Source: Octopus vulgaris (Eukaryota). From it: a stretch of 64,000 nt of DNA. Below the pieces are notes generated by a model, which was not told the DNA's origin, searched no databases, and worked only from the letters and a program-made list of their open reading frames with translations. A program made the translations under genes and the position numbers. Shown in pieces: positions 26,891-40,522 of the stretch (its first letter is position 1; each line of letters opens with the position of its first letter). The stretch is from NCBI GenBank assembly GCA_951406725.2, contig OX597820.1, positions 6,634,001 through 6,698,000 of the forward strand, in the 5' to 3' direction.

Positions 26891-28068
26891 TTTTCGATGA
26901 TCACCTCAATCCCTGGATTTTATACAAACTGATACTTTTAGTAACGATCTCTATGTCGCAGGACAGGAATAACATAAACAGAACTAAATGTAATAAAATG
27001 CTAAAAATTAAATAATAAGGTTCACATCCGCCTGTGTCTCTGACTGAAAAACTATAAAATATGTATATAAAACTAATTTCAGTTAGACATTCTCAAGTTT
27101 AGATGACAATCACGTGATCATGGATCTGCTAAAAATCTCAGCTGTTACTTAAAAAATGAAGGACATATTGAATAAAAATCCTTCTTGGTATATATAAAAT
27201 GTATATAGCATGTTCAAGGCAGTAACGCCATTGATCGTCTGCTTTCACAGACACGGTTGGCCTGAAACTAAACAAATCAGCTTAAGCCTACAATAGAAAC
27301 AAATGTGCCTGTTTTCAGCTGTTTGATCTGTTAGCAATAGCAGTTAAATCTTGCCAAAACCAAGCCGTATCGTCTTATAAATATATGAAACGTACATCCA
27401 TTGTAAAATGTAGACCTAAATGCATTGTTAAAGAAATGTACGAGATGGTCATCGCTGAAAATAGGTCTTAAATATAAAAAAAATGTAGACTGAATGAATA
27501 TTCAGTAAAGCAATAAGTAAGCTATGTTAGATGTTATGAAAATAAATAAAAGACTTTCTTCTAAGCAGACAGTTTTAGTTCCGTCCCAAATACCAGATTT
27601 AATTATCTTTAATTACAATAAAGATGATGTGGCCAAATCTAAAGTAGAAACCCTCAGACGTACACGTATTGTATTTTCCATTGTTTCATATATTCTTTTA
27701 TCGAACCGAGTGTACGTGACCAGCTTGTTGATGTACGGCATAAGATGTTGCCACTCAATGTTGTATAATAGCGTCGGAAATATATAACAAAAGGATATAT
27801 AACTGCATAAAAGAGTATCGAGCTGACATGATACTACCATTCTGTTATTGTTTATATACACATACGTATAGACATACATACACACACATACATACTTACA
27901 GACATACAAACACACATATACACGAGCATATATATTTATATACAAACTAAAATAGTGTATGAAAAGGATGTATACTTATTAATGTGAAATATTACGAAAT
28001 ATAACACCGCCGTCTCTCTCACTCTCTGTATGTATACATATATATATATATATATGTATATATATATG

Positions 28069-28116
<48 letters not shown>

Positions 28117-28699
28117 TATATATATATATAAGCGTGTGTGTGTATATTGCGTCTGTATATATATATAAATATATTTTGATGGACCGTATACATACGGAAA
28201 TCTGCAATGTCCTAGCAACTACGGGATTCTCAGACAAGGTTACTCTCAAACACGAACCCTGCTAATAATAAGAATAAACGTGATCGACATTTAAAGTAAC
28301 CTAATGAATATGGAAACCAAATGAATACGAATTCCATGAGTAGATTGACTGAGTCAGGTTTCCTATTCGTGAGAATCGTTGGTCTAAGATCGTTTAAAGA
28401 TTGCCTGAGATATTACAGGTGTATGAAATTAATCGTTGAAGTATCTTAATTTATATTAACTCCATCAATTTATATGTGTATGCAAGTGCTTGTGTATATA
28501 TATGCGTGTCCATGTGTGTGTATGTGTGTGTACTCTAATTTCGAACAATGAGAATGAGTGATCTACACACCGTTGTTGTTGGTTAAACATCCTTTATTTG
28601 TGGCTTAACAAAGCTGCCATTGGTTTCCTGCCGAGAATTATCAGCAATTATCACGTCTGCTTTATTGAGATGATAGTCGTCTCCATCTATGTCCATGTG

Positions 28700-28857
28700 A
28701 AAGCATGGATGTGTGATAAGAAATTTGCTTCCCAATCATATGTTTCCGGGTTCAGTGCCACTGCGTGATACCTTGGGTATCTGTCTTTTATTATAACCAC
28801 GGGCCGAGCAAAGCCTTCTGAGTAGATTTGATTCATGAAAACACAGAGTAGTCCGTT

Positions 28858-28926
<69 letters not shown>

Positions 28927-29102
28927 TGGGTATGTTCCAGCACCACTAGACAACTAGTGTTGATGTGTTTACATCCCCGTTATCTTGCAGTTAGTAGAAG
29001 AAACCGATAGGCTTTAAAAAAAGTAATTGGTTAGATTCATTCGGTTAAAAGTTCTCCAGGCCTGTGTTCCAGACCGTAGTCTAAACCAAGAAAAAGGTAA
29101 GA
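28700..29102 (+). mobile_element. diverged SINE S2 with expanded internal (TA)n
   Basis: ccgggttcagtgccactgcgtgataccttggg head; 3' half after the TA tract (gtgtttacatccccgt..accgatag). Confidence 0.7.
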
Positions 29103-29111
29103 GGTATGTGT

Positions 29112-29174
<63 letters not shown>

Positions 29175-29610
29175 AAAGTAGGATATGCTGACTTGTACAT
29201 CCACAAAATTTATTTTATAACTATATACAGCATATCAAATTGACCTATTCATGGTTTCTGCTGCTTAGTTTACACCTGTCACAAATAACTGCGGCTTATA
29301 ATGCAAATACTTCTTCCCAGGTGACCTTACCAATCCGAATTTGAAAGATAAGGAGGAAATAATTAAAACGAGGGGACCTGGGCAGCGGAAGAAGGGGGTT
29401 GATAACAGAAGAACCAAGAGTCAAAGAGAAACAACCCTAACAAATTCTTTCAGAGGCATAAAAATAGGACGAACCGCTAGAATGAGCAGCATAAAAATTA
29501 ATATCCATACAGAATCGAGAAATAATACCAGACCGGAGGAAGAAAGAAAAGGAAAAACTTCTAGAGAAGTCAACAGTACAATAAATAATAGAAATAGACA
29601 AACAGGTCTA

Positions 29611-29995
29611 TGCAACTGTGCTAGAGATAATGTATGTCCGTTGGACTCAAGATGTCAAATTAAGAACCTGGTCTATAAATGCAAAGTTATCTCGGAGAGA
29701 AGAGAATACTTTTATTAGGAGCGAGCTCTCTTTTTTTAAAAAGGGACCAGGCACTCATGTAAATTCTTTTAGAGATAGAGAAAAAGTAAATAGCACAAGC
29801 CTAAGTAAACTAATTTTGTCAATTAGAGACATGAACAATAGCTATTATATCGATTGGGAACTAATTATTTCTGCTAAGCCTTATCGAGTCGGGGGAAATA
29901 GATTCGGCCTATGTGTAGAAATTTGCCAGATATTTACATCAAAACACATTAATTAATAAAACCCGCGAACAAACCCTAAGATGTTTACACAAACA
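29611..29995 (+). pseudogene. Penelope-like element (Naiad-type) Cys linker + GIY-YIG endonuclease, frameshifted
   Basis: CNCARDNVCPLDSRC..LVYKCKV..YFY/xGAS/FKK..HVNSFR..STSLSKLI..IDWELI..AKPY..GG..LC..INKTREQTLRCLH fits the CxC-x5-CPL-xxx-C, VY-YIG, STxLS, PY and LNK..C.H motifs of Naiad PLE endonucleases. Confidence 0.85.
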
Positions 29996-30208
29996 CAATG
30001 GCAACTTTAGGGATATAGGGATAATTCTAGATAGCCGATATCCCAGCAACAATTGAACTTGATATAACAAATAGAGTAATATAACATAAACAAAAATATT
30101 TAATTACCAAAATTAATGAAAAAAAAGCAAATACCCAGTCCAATGTATAACACAAATCATGAACAACCCAACCGAAAATATGAATATAAACGTGAACAAA
30201 ATCAAAAA

Positions 30209-30411
30209 TATAAACTTAGATAAACTTAGATATGTTTCGACCAAAGATTGGTCCAGGCCATGTCTAACTTAATAGCACCTCCTGATAGGATTATTCGAAT
30301 CCTGTTTAAGTCAAGATTTGTTCAAGTAGTGAGTTCTTGTTGTGTGAGTTGTATCCAATTATGGGTGGCTTATCTGGTATTCTTTGAAGGAATCTATCCA
30401 GACTCCGTTTA
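30209..30411 (-). mobile_element. CR1/L2-group LINE 3' end
   Basis: Matches 62466-62690; encodes LDRFLQRIPDKPPIIGYN; (TCTAAGTTTA)n-like tail. Confidence 0.85.
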
Positions 30412-30989
30412 ATCATTAAAATGATCAAAGAGCATTACAAAAATAATTATCTTGACCTTCTCCTTTTTAAGACTAACCCGACCTTCAAACTGGGGTGAAG
30501 TTGAGGTCAGCAGCATATACCTATAAATAACAACACCCACCACTGCCCATAGAACACTAATAGAGGTTTACTTCAATCAGTTCACTTCCAGGATGACCAA
30601 ATGGACAGATACTGGTGCAGCTACAACGACAATATTGCAAAGCTGCATTTGCAACAATGAGTAGTCGCTGCAGTGGACACACGTGTAGGCCATTATAATA
30701 TGCTGTCTATAACTATAAAATAAAATTTGTCGATGTACAAGTTTCCATACATTTTATTATTATTATTATTAATAATATTAATATATATAAACTCCAGACA
30801 GTTTTTACCGTGCAGCGAAGAGTATAAGAAAGTACCTTTTGGATTAATTCACGGAGTGACTAAGAAGTAACTGTAGTCACAGACATTAAATACTGAGAGC
30901 TCTATACGGTATCTACCCGGGTAATATACCCCTACAAACTCACTTATCACCTACATACACACACCTATATATATATATCTATATCATTC

Positions 30990-31262
30990 ACGGTCACGAC
31001 GACGAGGGTCACAATCGATCCGATCAACGGAGCAGCCTGCTCGTGGAATTAACGTGCCAGTGGTTCAGCACTCCACGAATACGTGTACCCTTAACGTAGT
31101 TCTCAGGAAGATTCAGTGTGTCACAAAATGTGACAAGGCTGGCCCTTTGAAATACAAGTACTACTCAATTTTGCCAGCTGAGTGGACTGGAGGAACGTGA
31201 AATAAAGTGTCTTGCTCAAGGACACAACGCGTCGCCGGGAATTGCATTGATGATCTTACGAT
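30990..31262 (-). mobile_element. CORE-like SINE
   Basis: Minus strand ttgtgtccttgagcaagacactttatttcac..ccagtccactcagctg; tail shared with 664-830. Confidence 0.75.
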
Positions 31263-31396
31263 CATAATATATATATATCTACATAATGAGGAAGATAAAT
31301 TGAATATTAATTTAATTAGTATCAATTTAAAACCAGTAGCCCAGCATATAAAAAATCTGAAAAATCAGAGAACATTTTAATACATGTGTATATTAG

Positions 31397-31506
31397 GGCT
31401 AAAAAACCACTATGTGGACAGCCATATGCTAGAAGAAAATCACATAGAAGAAGTACGTATGTGATCTTCTTCTAGCATATGGCTGTCCACATAGTGGCTT
31501 TTAGCC
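31397..31506. repeat. ~49-bp near-perfect inverted repeat
   Basis: 31397-31446 vs 31458-31506, 11-nt loop, in a TA-flanked element. Confidence 0.92.
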
Positions 31507-31520
31507 TAGCCCTCATACAC

Positions 31521-31586
<66 letters not shown>

Positions 31587-31676
31587 AAATTTAAGTAATT
31601 TGTATTGGAAACGTTTTTGTGTTGTACTTCAAATCTCTATCTTGCGATTTTAGCTGAATAGTATAAGTACTTGCAC

Positions 31677-31715
<39 letters not shown>

Positions 31716-32625
31716 TGTCTATCTGTGGGAGTATAGACTCTCGTGTGGGTGTGATTGTGAATACAAGAGATTATCTTCTTCCAATTTACATTGAGTCCCA
31801 AGTGGAAAAAATACACACACACACCCACACGTACATACAATATCAACTTCGCCATCATACATATAACATGACGCATGCAAGATACATTCACATCTAAAAC
31901 CACAACCAGAGACAGAAAGAATCAAATTCAAGAAGTATGTTTGTCTTCGGAATGATTTTTCTCAAAGTGTTTCGGCAAGTCAGTAATTTGATTTCACAGT
32001 TCCATACGGACGCTGTTTCTAATTGTACCATGCTATCTGTGTATTATTTATACCTAACTAATTTTGCTTGTAATTAGCTTATTCTCCAGCTAACACCTCT
32101 CTCAGTCTCCCACTAATGCTTCTCCGTATACACCTTCGTAATTTCCTACCTCATGCCATTTATTCTTCAATATACATACTATGCATTGGTTATTTTTGAA
32201 ATTGGGGAAAGATTTCACGTCGATGTTCTGTAATTAGTAAGTAATTAGCTGTAAGTAATAACATTTTGGATTGTTGCTGTTGTTGTTGTTGTTGTTGCTG
32301 CTGCTGTTTTTGTAGGCTTTTGTTTAGTAGATACTTTTATGTATCTTCTTTTTCGATTCGCAGTTCTGTATTAATTTCGTCATCGTAATCATCATGATTA
32401 TAAAAGGATCATGATAATGATGGCGGTGATGATGATGATAATCATCATTATCATCGTTATCATCATACACATCATGAGCTCTCTCCGCCTTCTCGCGATC
32501 ATATTCATCCTGCCCCCTCCTTTTCCTCCTCTTCCCTCTCCCTCTCCTCTCCCCGTTCTTTTCTTCCTCCTCCTTTTCATCATCATCATTCTCTCTTTTG
32601 CTATCCTGAGTCATTTAATTCTGAT

Positions 32626-32626
<1 letters not shown>

Positions 32627-32711
<85 letters not shown>

Positions 32712-32772
32712 GTATATATATATGTATATATATATGTATATATGTATATATATATGTATATATGTATATATG

Positions 32773-32811
<39 letters not shown>

Positions 32812-32841
32812 GTGTATATATATATGTATATATATATGTAC

Positions 32842-32891
<50 letters not shown>

Positions 32892-32892
32892 T

Positions 32893-32944
<52 letters not shown>

Positions 32945-32948
32945 CATA
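32627..32948. repeat. compound (TA)n/(TG) microsatellite, ~320 bp
   Basis: Direct inspection. Confidence 0.97.
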
Positions 32949-33279
32949 TATATTGTATCCTTAATCCAGTTATATTAATCTACATGTTATCGATACAAAT
33001 TGATATCTATTTAAATATATTATGCTTGGTACATTAATACATTCCTGCATATAAATACATTCACGCTTATACACGCAAACACTGAATGGCAGATACACAA
33101 AAACCCACACACGTATCGGATATAATAGTCAATAGTCACATATTTGAAACAACTACGAATGTTTATCTATCTATCTATTTATCAATCTATCTGTATAATG
33201 AAATATCATGTGTGCATAAATATATGCTAATTGTTCTCTGTAGCCTTTCTTATATGCATATAGACAAACAAAAATTGAC

Positions 33280-33334
<55 letters not shown>

Positions 33335-33494
33335 TACATATATATAAAACTACAAATGGAGAAGGACATACTACCACCATGTTCTTAATGATGAAATTAA
33401 CCTCCCTGTCTATATATCGACCCAAATTTGTAATGTTGGCAAATGAAATAAGTATAAAATTGTGCTTTGTCCGTTTAACTGAAAAAATTCTATA

Positions 33495-33548
33495 TGTGGC
33501 TGAAGATTGCTCGACATTTTAAAAGTAGCGTGAAACGATTGTACTACA
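33495..33548 (+). ncRNA. hammerhead motif (family H2, short-loop copy)
   Basis: tgtgg CTGAAGA t TGCT cgacattttaaaagt AGCG t GAAA CGATTG TA ctaca; stem I tgtgg/ctaca; near-palindromic stem III. Confidence 0.65.
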
Positions 33549-33619
33549 CTACCTTGGATATCCTTGTTGCTTATTTTGATATTCATATATATATATATAT
33601 ATATATAAAGACACACGCG

Positions 33620-33697
<78 letters not shown>

Positions 33698-34811
33698 TAT
33701 ATGCGTGTATGAATGAATGCTCATTGAGACACGTGTATGGCTTGTGCGTTCAAGCAGCCTTACAGGCCTGAGCCACTACGACATGCATTCAATCATATTC
33801 ATCTCACACTGGATGGAGTATCTTGTCTCGTTGACCCTATCCTACCTTAGCGGAAGAGTAATCTCTGTGTGTGCGCGCGTGTGTGTATATATATATATAT
33901 AAATTATAAGAGAGTTATCACTATGTGGATAGCTCTACTGCTAAAAATAGCTCCGTTACTAGTATAGCCACAGAAAGATGTTTCCAAGAAGAAATAACAT
34001 TACATTTAACGGAAGGAAAGTGAAATATAATGAAAAAATAGATTAACCCTGAACAATTGTTTCATTATTAATGTAATATGTAATTTTACTTACATAGACA
34101 TCTATAAATCATCGGCAGAGGTTTGTCTTAAATACAATTTTGTAGACCCTCACGAGCGTCAAATACACGTGCAGTTTAATCGATTGCATTTGTAGTTATG
34201 CCTCAAATTCCCCGCCAAAGGCATGCTAAGACTCATTGGAAACGAATACTGCATGAAATATTTACTGCAACATAATTAAATTTATAAATTTATATATATA
34301 TATATATATATATATAAATGTATATACTTATATGTGTGTATGTGTATATATGAATGTATGTACAACCATACAAATATGTATGTGTGTGTGTGTGTGTGCC
34401 TGTCTATACACACACACACACACACACATTTATATATGGCTTAGCTTATACAGATATACAGACGATGTTTCACAACAGTTACTTCATGTCAGCCTCTGGA
34501 GTCATGTTAATACTTTTGAAGCTTGCACAAGTTGAATTTAGCAGTTGTCTCACCTGGCTGCTCAGAAGATCATAGGGTGGGCTCTTTAATGTTGAAATGC
34601 ATATTCAATGCACCACTGGAAGTTTCTTATTTTCCAGATACTCAGGGACTGCTATCAACATGATTAGGGGTTCCGTCCCATAACGTGACAACTTGGGGAA
34701 GAGTCTATAAATTGAGGCTAACTAAAGACCTGTGTGGATTTAGTAGATGGAATCCGAAAGAAGCTCGTATAAATGTATGTGTATGTACGTATAAATATAT
34801 GTGTGTGTATG

Positions 34812-34884
<73 letters not shown>

Positions 34885-34890
<6 letters not shown>

Positions 34891-35257
34891 TTTTCTTTTA
34901 CTTGTCATTTGACTGTTGCCATGCTGGAGTACCGCCTTTTAGTCGAGCAAATTGACCCCAGGGCTTATTGTTTGTAAGTCTGGTACATATTGTATCAGTC
35001 TTTCTTGCCAAACCGCTAGCTTACGGGGATATAAACACACCAATATCGGTTGTCAAGTGACGGTGAGGGAGACAAATATTGACACAAAGAGACAGACATA
35101 CACATATAAATATATGTTTTCGCCTACGAAATCCACTCAGCAGTCTTTGGACGGCTCGAGGCTATAGTAGAAGACACCTGCCTAAGGCGCCATCCAGTGG
35201 GACTGAACCCAGCACCATGTAGTTGGGTAGCAAGCTTCCTACCACACAGCCACACCT
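34885..35257 (-). mobile_element. SINE S2, diverged full copy
   Basis: Homologous to 22569-22958; followed by a plus-strand 3' half at ~35355-35535. Confidence 0.85.
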
Positions 35258-35959
35258 GTAACTATATACATATGTATGTATGTATATAGACACACACATA
35301 TACATACATGTATGTATGTATGTATGTGTGTGTGTGTGTGTGTGCGTGTGTGTGTATGCGTGTCTGTTTGTCCCCCACCAACACTCGACAACCCGTGTTG
35401 ATGTGTTTGTTTAAATTCCCCGTAGCATAGCTGTTCGGCAAAAGAGACCGATAGAATAAGTGACAGACTTAAAATGTAAGTAATGATGTTGCTCCAGCAT
35501 GGCTGCAGTCTAATTACCGAAACAAGTAAACGATGAAATATAAAATTCATTGAAAAAAAAAAAAAAAACAGAAGACAGGACAAATATGTCATTGTCGGAC
35601 AATCTGTCGGCTGGCCTTTCGTTCGGTCAAACTCGTATTTCTGTTTCATGTTTTGCTCACAGTCCAGCGTATCAGCATTCAAGTGGCAACAGAAACGTTT
35701 GGCATTTGTGGATGGTTAAGAATGGTGGCAGTGGTGGTGGTGAGGGAGAGAGAGAGAGTTTCTTTTAAAAGTATGCGCGTGTTTGTTTTGTGTTTAGGCG
35801 TTCAGAAAATGGCGGTCATTACGTTGTGACACGGTGAGTCTTCCGTACTTTGCTGTTGAAATAACAGAGACGGATAAAATATTCATCAGACTGAAATAGG
35901 AACGTGAGGAGACGCGGCGAAGGGAATTATTCACGGCATTGCATCGCGACAGACGGAAA

Positions 35960-35999
35960 CAGCGTAGAGAGGATACGGATAGAAAGAAAGAGAGAGGGA

Positions 36000-36074
<75 letters not shown>

Positions 36075-36178
36075 GAGTACAGAGAGAAAGGTGAGAACAA
36101 GAGACTGAGAAATAGAGGGAGAGGGAGACGAGACAAAGGGAGAGGAGGGAGAGCTGAGAGATAAAGACAGAGGCAGAG

Positions 36179-36212
<34 letters not shown>

Positions 36213-36355
36213 AGGAAAGCGATAACGGTGAGAACAAGAGACTGAGAAAGAGAGGGAGAGGAGAGAGAGCTGAAAGATAAAGAGAAAAACAGAGAAAGAG
36301 AGACAAGGAGAGAGGGCTGAGAGACAAAGAGAAAGAGAGTGATATAAAGATAGAG

Positions 36356-36397
<42 letters not shown>

Positions 36398-36606
36398 TGA
36401 TAAAGGTGGGAAGAAGAGACAGAGAAAGGGAGAGACAGAAGTGGTGAGTGAGGAAGAGATGGGGAGAGAGAAAAAGAGAGAGAGGGAGAACTGAGAGACA
36501 AAGAGAAAATGAGTGACAGAATGTGCGAGGCGGAGAGAGAGGGAGAGAGAGAGAGTGAGAGAGAGAAAGTGATAGAAAGAGAGAGATGTAGAATGGCGGT
36601 CAGAGA
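35960..36606. repeat. GA/CT-rich polypurine tract with (GA)n runs
   Basis: Direct inspection; source of the RERE/LSLS ORFs. Confidence 0.95.
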
Positions 36607-37423
36607 GTTTCTAAAACAGCGTCTGTGTAATAATGGTGAGTGGAAAAGTATTTGAAGTTGTTGAGAAGCAAAGATTTAAAAATAAAGTTGTTGGTCGGAT
36701 ACAATGGCGCCGGTCGGTGGCTCGAAGCAGTTGCTGCTGGATGATGTAAACGGGTTTGCACGGGGATGTGAGTGGTGGAAGAGATGGATTGGTAGAGGTC
36801 AATAATGAATCTCACCCATACACATGTGGGAAAGATTAGGAAGGAATGAAACATGCTTTCGATGTAATTGTTACTCATTTCTAATAATAACTAGCACTAT
36901 GACCCGGCGTTGCCAGGTCATAGTGCTAGTGCATGCATATACAGCTGCGTGCGTGCGCACATACACGCGAGTACTGTTCAAATCTCCGACCACTCACATA
37001 CAGCTAGCTGGCATTCAAATGACGTATCACGTTTCGGGCATTTTGATTGGGTTTGGGATACAAAATTCACAAAATAAGTAACTTCTATTGATTTTTTAAT
37101 GGCTTTGCGGGGTGACTGGGGAAATATAAATATGTGCACGACCACCCTTGGACGGTTTTGAATGACCATAGAGAGTGCGAGCCCTCTAACTAAAAAATTG
37201 TGGATTTGTATAAAGGACACACACACACACATACACACACACAGACATTTTGCCGTTTATATGTATAGAGATAATAATAATAATAATAATGAGAAGAAGA
37301 AGAAGAAAAAGAAGAAGAGGAAGAAGAGGAATATCAACAGCAAAAAAGAAAATGATAATAGAAATGATGCATATACAAATGTGTATATGGTACATACATC
37401 TTTATATATATATATATCTTTAT

Positions 37424-37474
<51 letters not shown>

Positions 37475-37875
37475 GAGAGAGTTATATTTCGGGACGGTAT
37501 TTTTTTTTTTTGGGCAAAATAAACACACGCGATATTTATTTTACTTTTTCTTCACTTGTTTATTATTGTTTTTATTTTGTTTTTTTTTTCACTCATGTCC
37601 ATTGTCCGGAAATCTTTCGTTACACATCTGTGACCAACCTTCAGTGACACTTTTCGTTTTCTTCTCTGCTTGCTCCACTTACACCATTATGTTCTTCTAA
37701 GATGTGCATGTTTATGTACGCATGCGTTTGTATCCTTGTTTGTGCGCGCGCGCGAGGTATGTATGCGTGTGTGCGAGTCATAGTTTGTATGTATGTATAT
37801 ATGTATGTATATATGTATGTATACACCTGTGTAGGTGCGTATATGTATTTCTTGTGTGCAACTCGCTCCCACTAG

Positions 37876-38013
<138 letters not shown>

Positions 38014-38299
38014 ATGTATATATAGAGGAGAGAAAGAGAGAGGGAGAGAGAGCAGAGAGAAAAAGATATAAGGTGAAATGAAGAAAGAGAGCTTCACAGA
38101 GGCCATCGTCCAATGACTGAAACCAGTTAAAGAAAATATGTAAATAAGAAGAGAAAAAAATTGGGCGGAGGGGGGAGGGAAGAAGAAATATAGGGAGAGA
38201 AGTGGATGATTATTAACATAAGATATAAGAATATAGAGGGTGATGGTTATAAAAGGAGGAGACAAAATGGGCATGAGGATAGAGGGAGGTGGATAGGCG

Positions 38300-38322
38300 G
38301 ATAGATAGATAGATAGATAGAT

Positions 38323-38410
<88 letters not shown>

Positions 38411-38516
38411 ATATAGATAGATAAATATAGATAGATAGAGATAGAGAGATAGATACATAGATAGATAGAGTGATGGATACAGAGATAGAGTGATAGGCAG
38501 ATAGATAGACAGAGAT

Positions 38517-38565
<49 letters not shown>

Positions 38566-38600
38566 CAGACAGATAGATAAACAGATAGATAGACAGAGAT

Positions 38601-38675
<75 letters not shown>

Positions 38676-38688
38676 TATAGATAGATAG
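38300..38688. repeat. (GATA)n compound microsatellite, ~390 bp
   Basis: Direct inspection. Confidence 0.97.
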
Positions 38689-38974
38689 CCTCTTAGCTAG
38701 CAAATTGTAATGCAGTTGGAGAAAGAAATGCATGGTTATTGTTGAGTGAAAAAGATTGACATTACGAGCAAGAGTTTGAGTGGAAGAATTATGAGTCAAG
38801 GGTGGGGAAGAAATAGACAAGAAAAAGTGAGTGTTTTTAGGTTGAAAGAGGGGAGAAAGGGACAGAGAAATAGGGAGAGAGAAACGGAGATAGAAGTCTT
38901 AAGACCTGGGTATGTTTTACGAAGTCTTTAGACCCAGGTTTAAGTTTCATAAAACCGAATTAAACACTTATCAA

Positions 38975-39032
<58 letters not shown>

Positions 39033-39035
<3 letters not shown>

Positions 39036-39435
39036 TGGCTGTGTGGTAAGTAGCTTGTTTACCAACCACATGGTTCTGGGTTCAGTCCCACTGCGTGGCA
39101 TCTTGGGCAAGTGTCTTCTGCTATAGCCCCAGGCCGACCAATGCCTTGTGAGTGGATTTGGTAGACAGAAACTGAAAGAAGCCTGTCGTATATATGTATA
39201 TATATGTATATGTGTGTGTATGTTTGTGTGTCTGTGTTTGTCCCCCTAGCATTGCTTGACAACCGATGCTGGTGTGTTTACGTCCCCGTCACTTTGCGGT
39301 TCGGCAAAAGAGACCGATAGAATAAGTACTGGGCTTACAAAGAATAAGTCCCGGGGTCGAGTTGCTCGACTAAAGGCGGTGCTCCAGCATGGCCGCAGTC
39401 AAATGACTGAAACAAGTAAAAGCGTAAAAGAGTAA

Positions 39436-39437
<2 letters not shown>
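39033..39437 (+). mobile_element. SINE S2, full length, inside (TA)n
   Basis: gagtggctgtgtggtaagtagc..gggttcagtccc..cttgggcaagtgtcttc..aaacaagtaaaagcgtaaaagagtaaag. Confidence 0.93.
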
Positions 39438-39482
<45 letters not shown>

Positions 39483-39484
39483 GT

Positions 39485-39539
<55 letters not shown>

Positions 39540-40482
39540 AGAGGGAGTGAGAGACAGATGGACAGATAGAAAGACGGAGGAGAGAGAAAATATAAAAGCG
39601 AGAGAGATGGGGAAATGGAGAGAAGTATGTGAAAGTAAATGAAAATGTTCGGAGTGAGGAAGATATTTTTCTGCTTATAAAATGATTGATTGATTTTTCT
39701 GGTGTAATTTCGAAGTCAGATATTGAGTTCCCTCAAAGGATAAACAATCATTTTTGATACAATATTTCTCTGAATATTTATGGCCAGTTAAATTGTCATA
39801 TTTTTGACAATATTAATTCCTAACATAAGCACGAAATACAAATATGAAATGATAACATCGGCGCTGGGGCATCAATTTGTGCGTTAAGAAAGATTTAGAT
39901 AAGTGCAGTGTATTGCAGGCGAGGCATGTGTTCTACTTAAAGACTTCATGCAGAGATAAACGGAAAGTAAAACCTATTTTCTTGCTTGTTAAATGTTTTT
40001 CAACTAATTGGTAAAATATATTTTAGTAAAGAAAATCCTTTTTCTAAAAAAAAACAATTTAAATAGCATTTTTACAAATCATATATTAACGACATTTATT
40101 CCTATGTGTATAAGAGAAAGAACCAAATGCATTGTGCCTTAAATTATTTCAATATTTTTCGTCATTCTTCCCTAAAATTGGTCTGTTGTATTTCTATTTT
40201 ATTATTACTTAGGTTTTGGAGGCCGTGGAATTTACGGGCCCTCTGAGAACAGTGAGATTGATGCAGTTTAATGTTTTGGTAATAAATGCAGGAAATGCAT
40301 GCATGGAGGGGATTTCAGGAGACCTAAAAGTATGAGAAGGACGAAAGGGGTTTAGTGGTGAGGGCTACTCTGTGCTGTTCGACGCAACGTGAATAAAGAA
40401 GAGAAAAGATGAAGTGACTGGGAAAGCTTGAGTAGAAAAGGCATGGGTCAGCCAGCTTCAAGGATGAATATGCATTACAATA

Positions 40483-40522
<40 letters not shown>

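Noticed and set aside
29611-29995. Selenocysteine recoding, as known for some Naiad elements
   Set aside because: Interruptions are frameshifts and TAG/TAA, not in-frame TGA at Cys positions
32411-33037. Long ORFs such as 208 aa here, 314 aa at 37876-38820, 235 aa at 35794-36501 and 217 aa at 45303 and 60295
   Set aside because: Translations of TA, GATA, GA and CA microsatellites (YIYI, LSIY, LSLS); no coding signal
37602-37672. Minus-strand CTGAAGG..GTCACA/TGTAAC..GAAAGATTTC hammerhead-like string
   Set aside because: Core and stem I mismatched and single copy in the window; too degenerate to call
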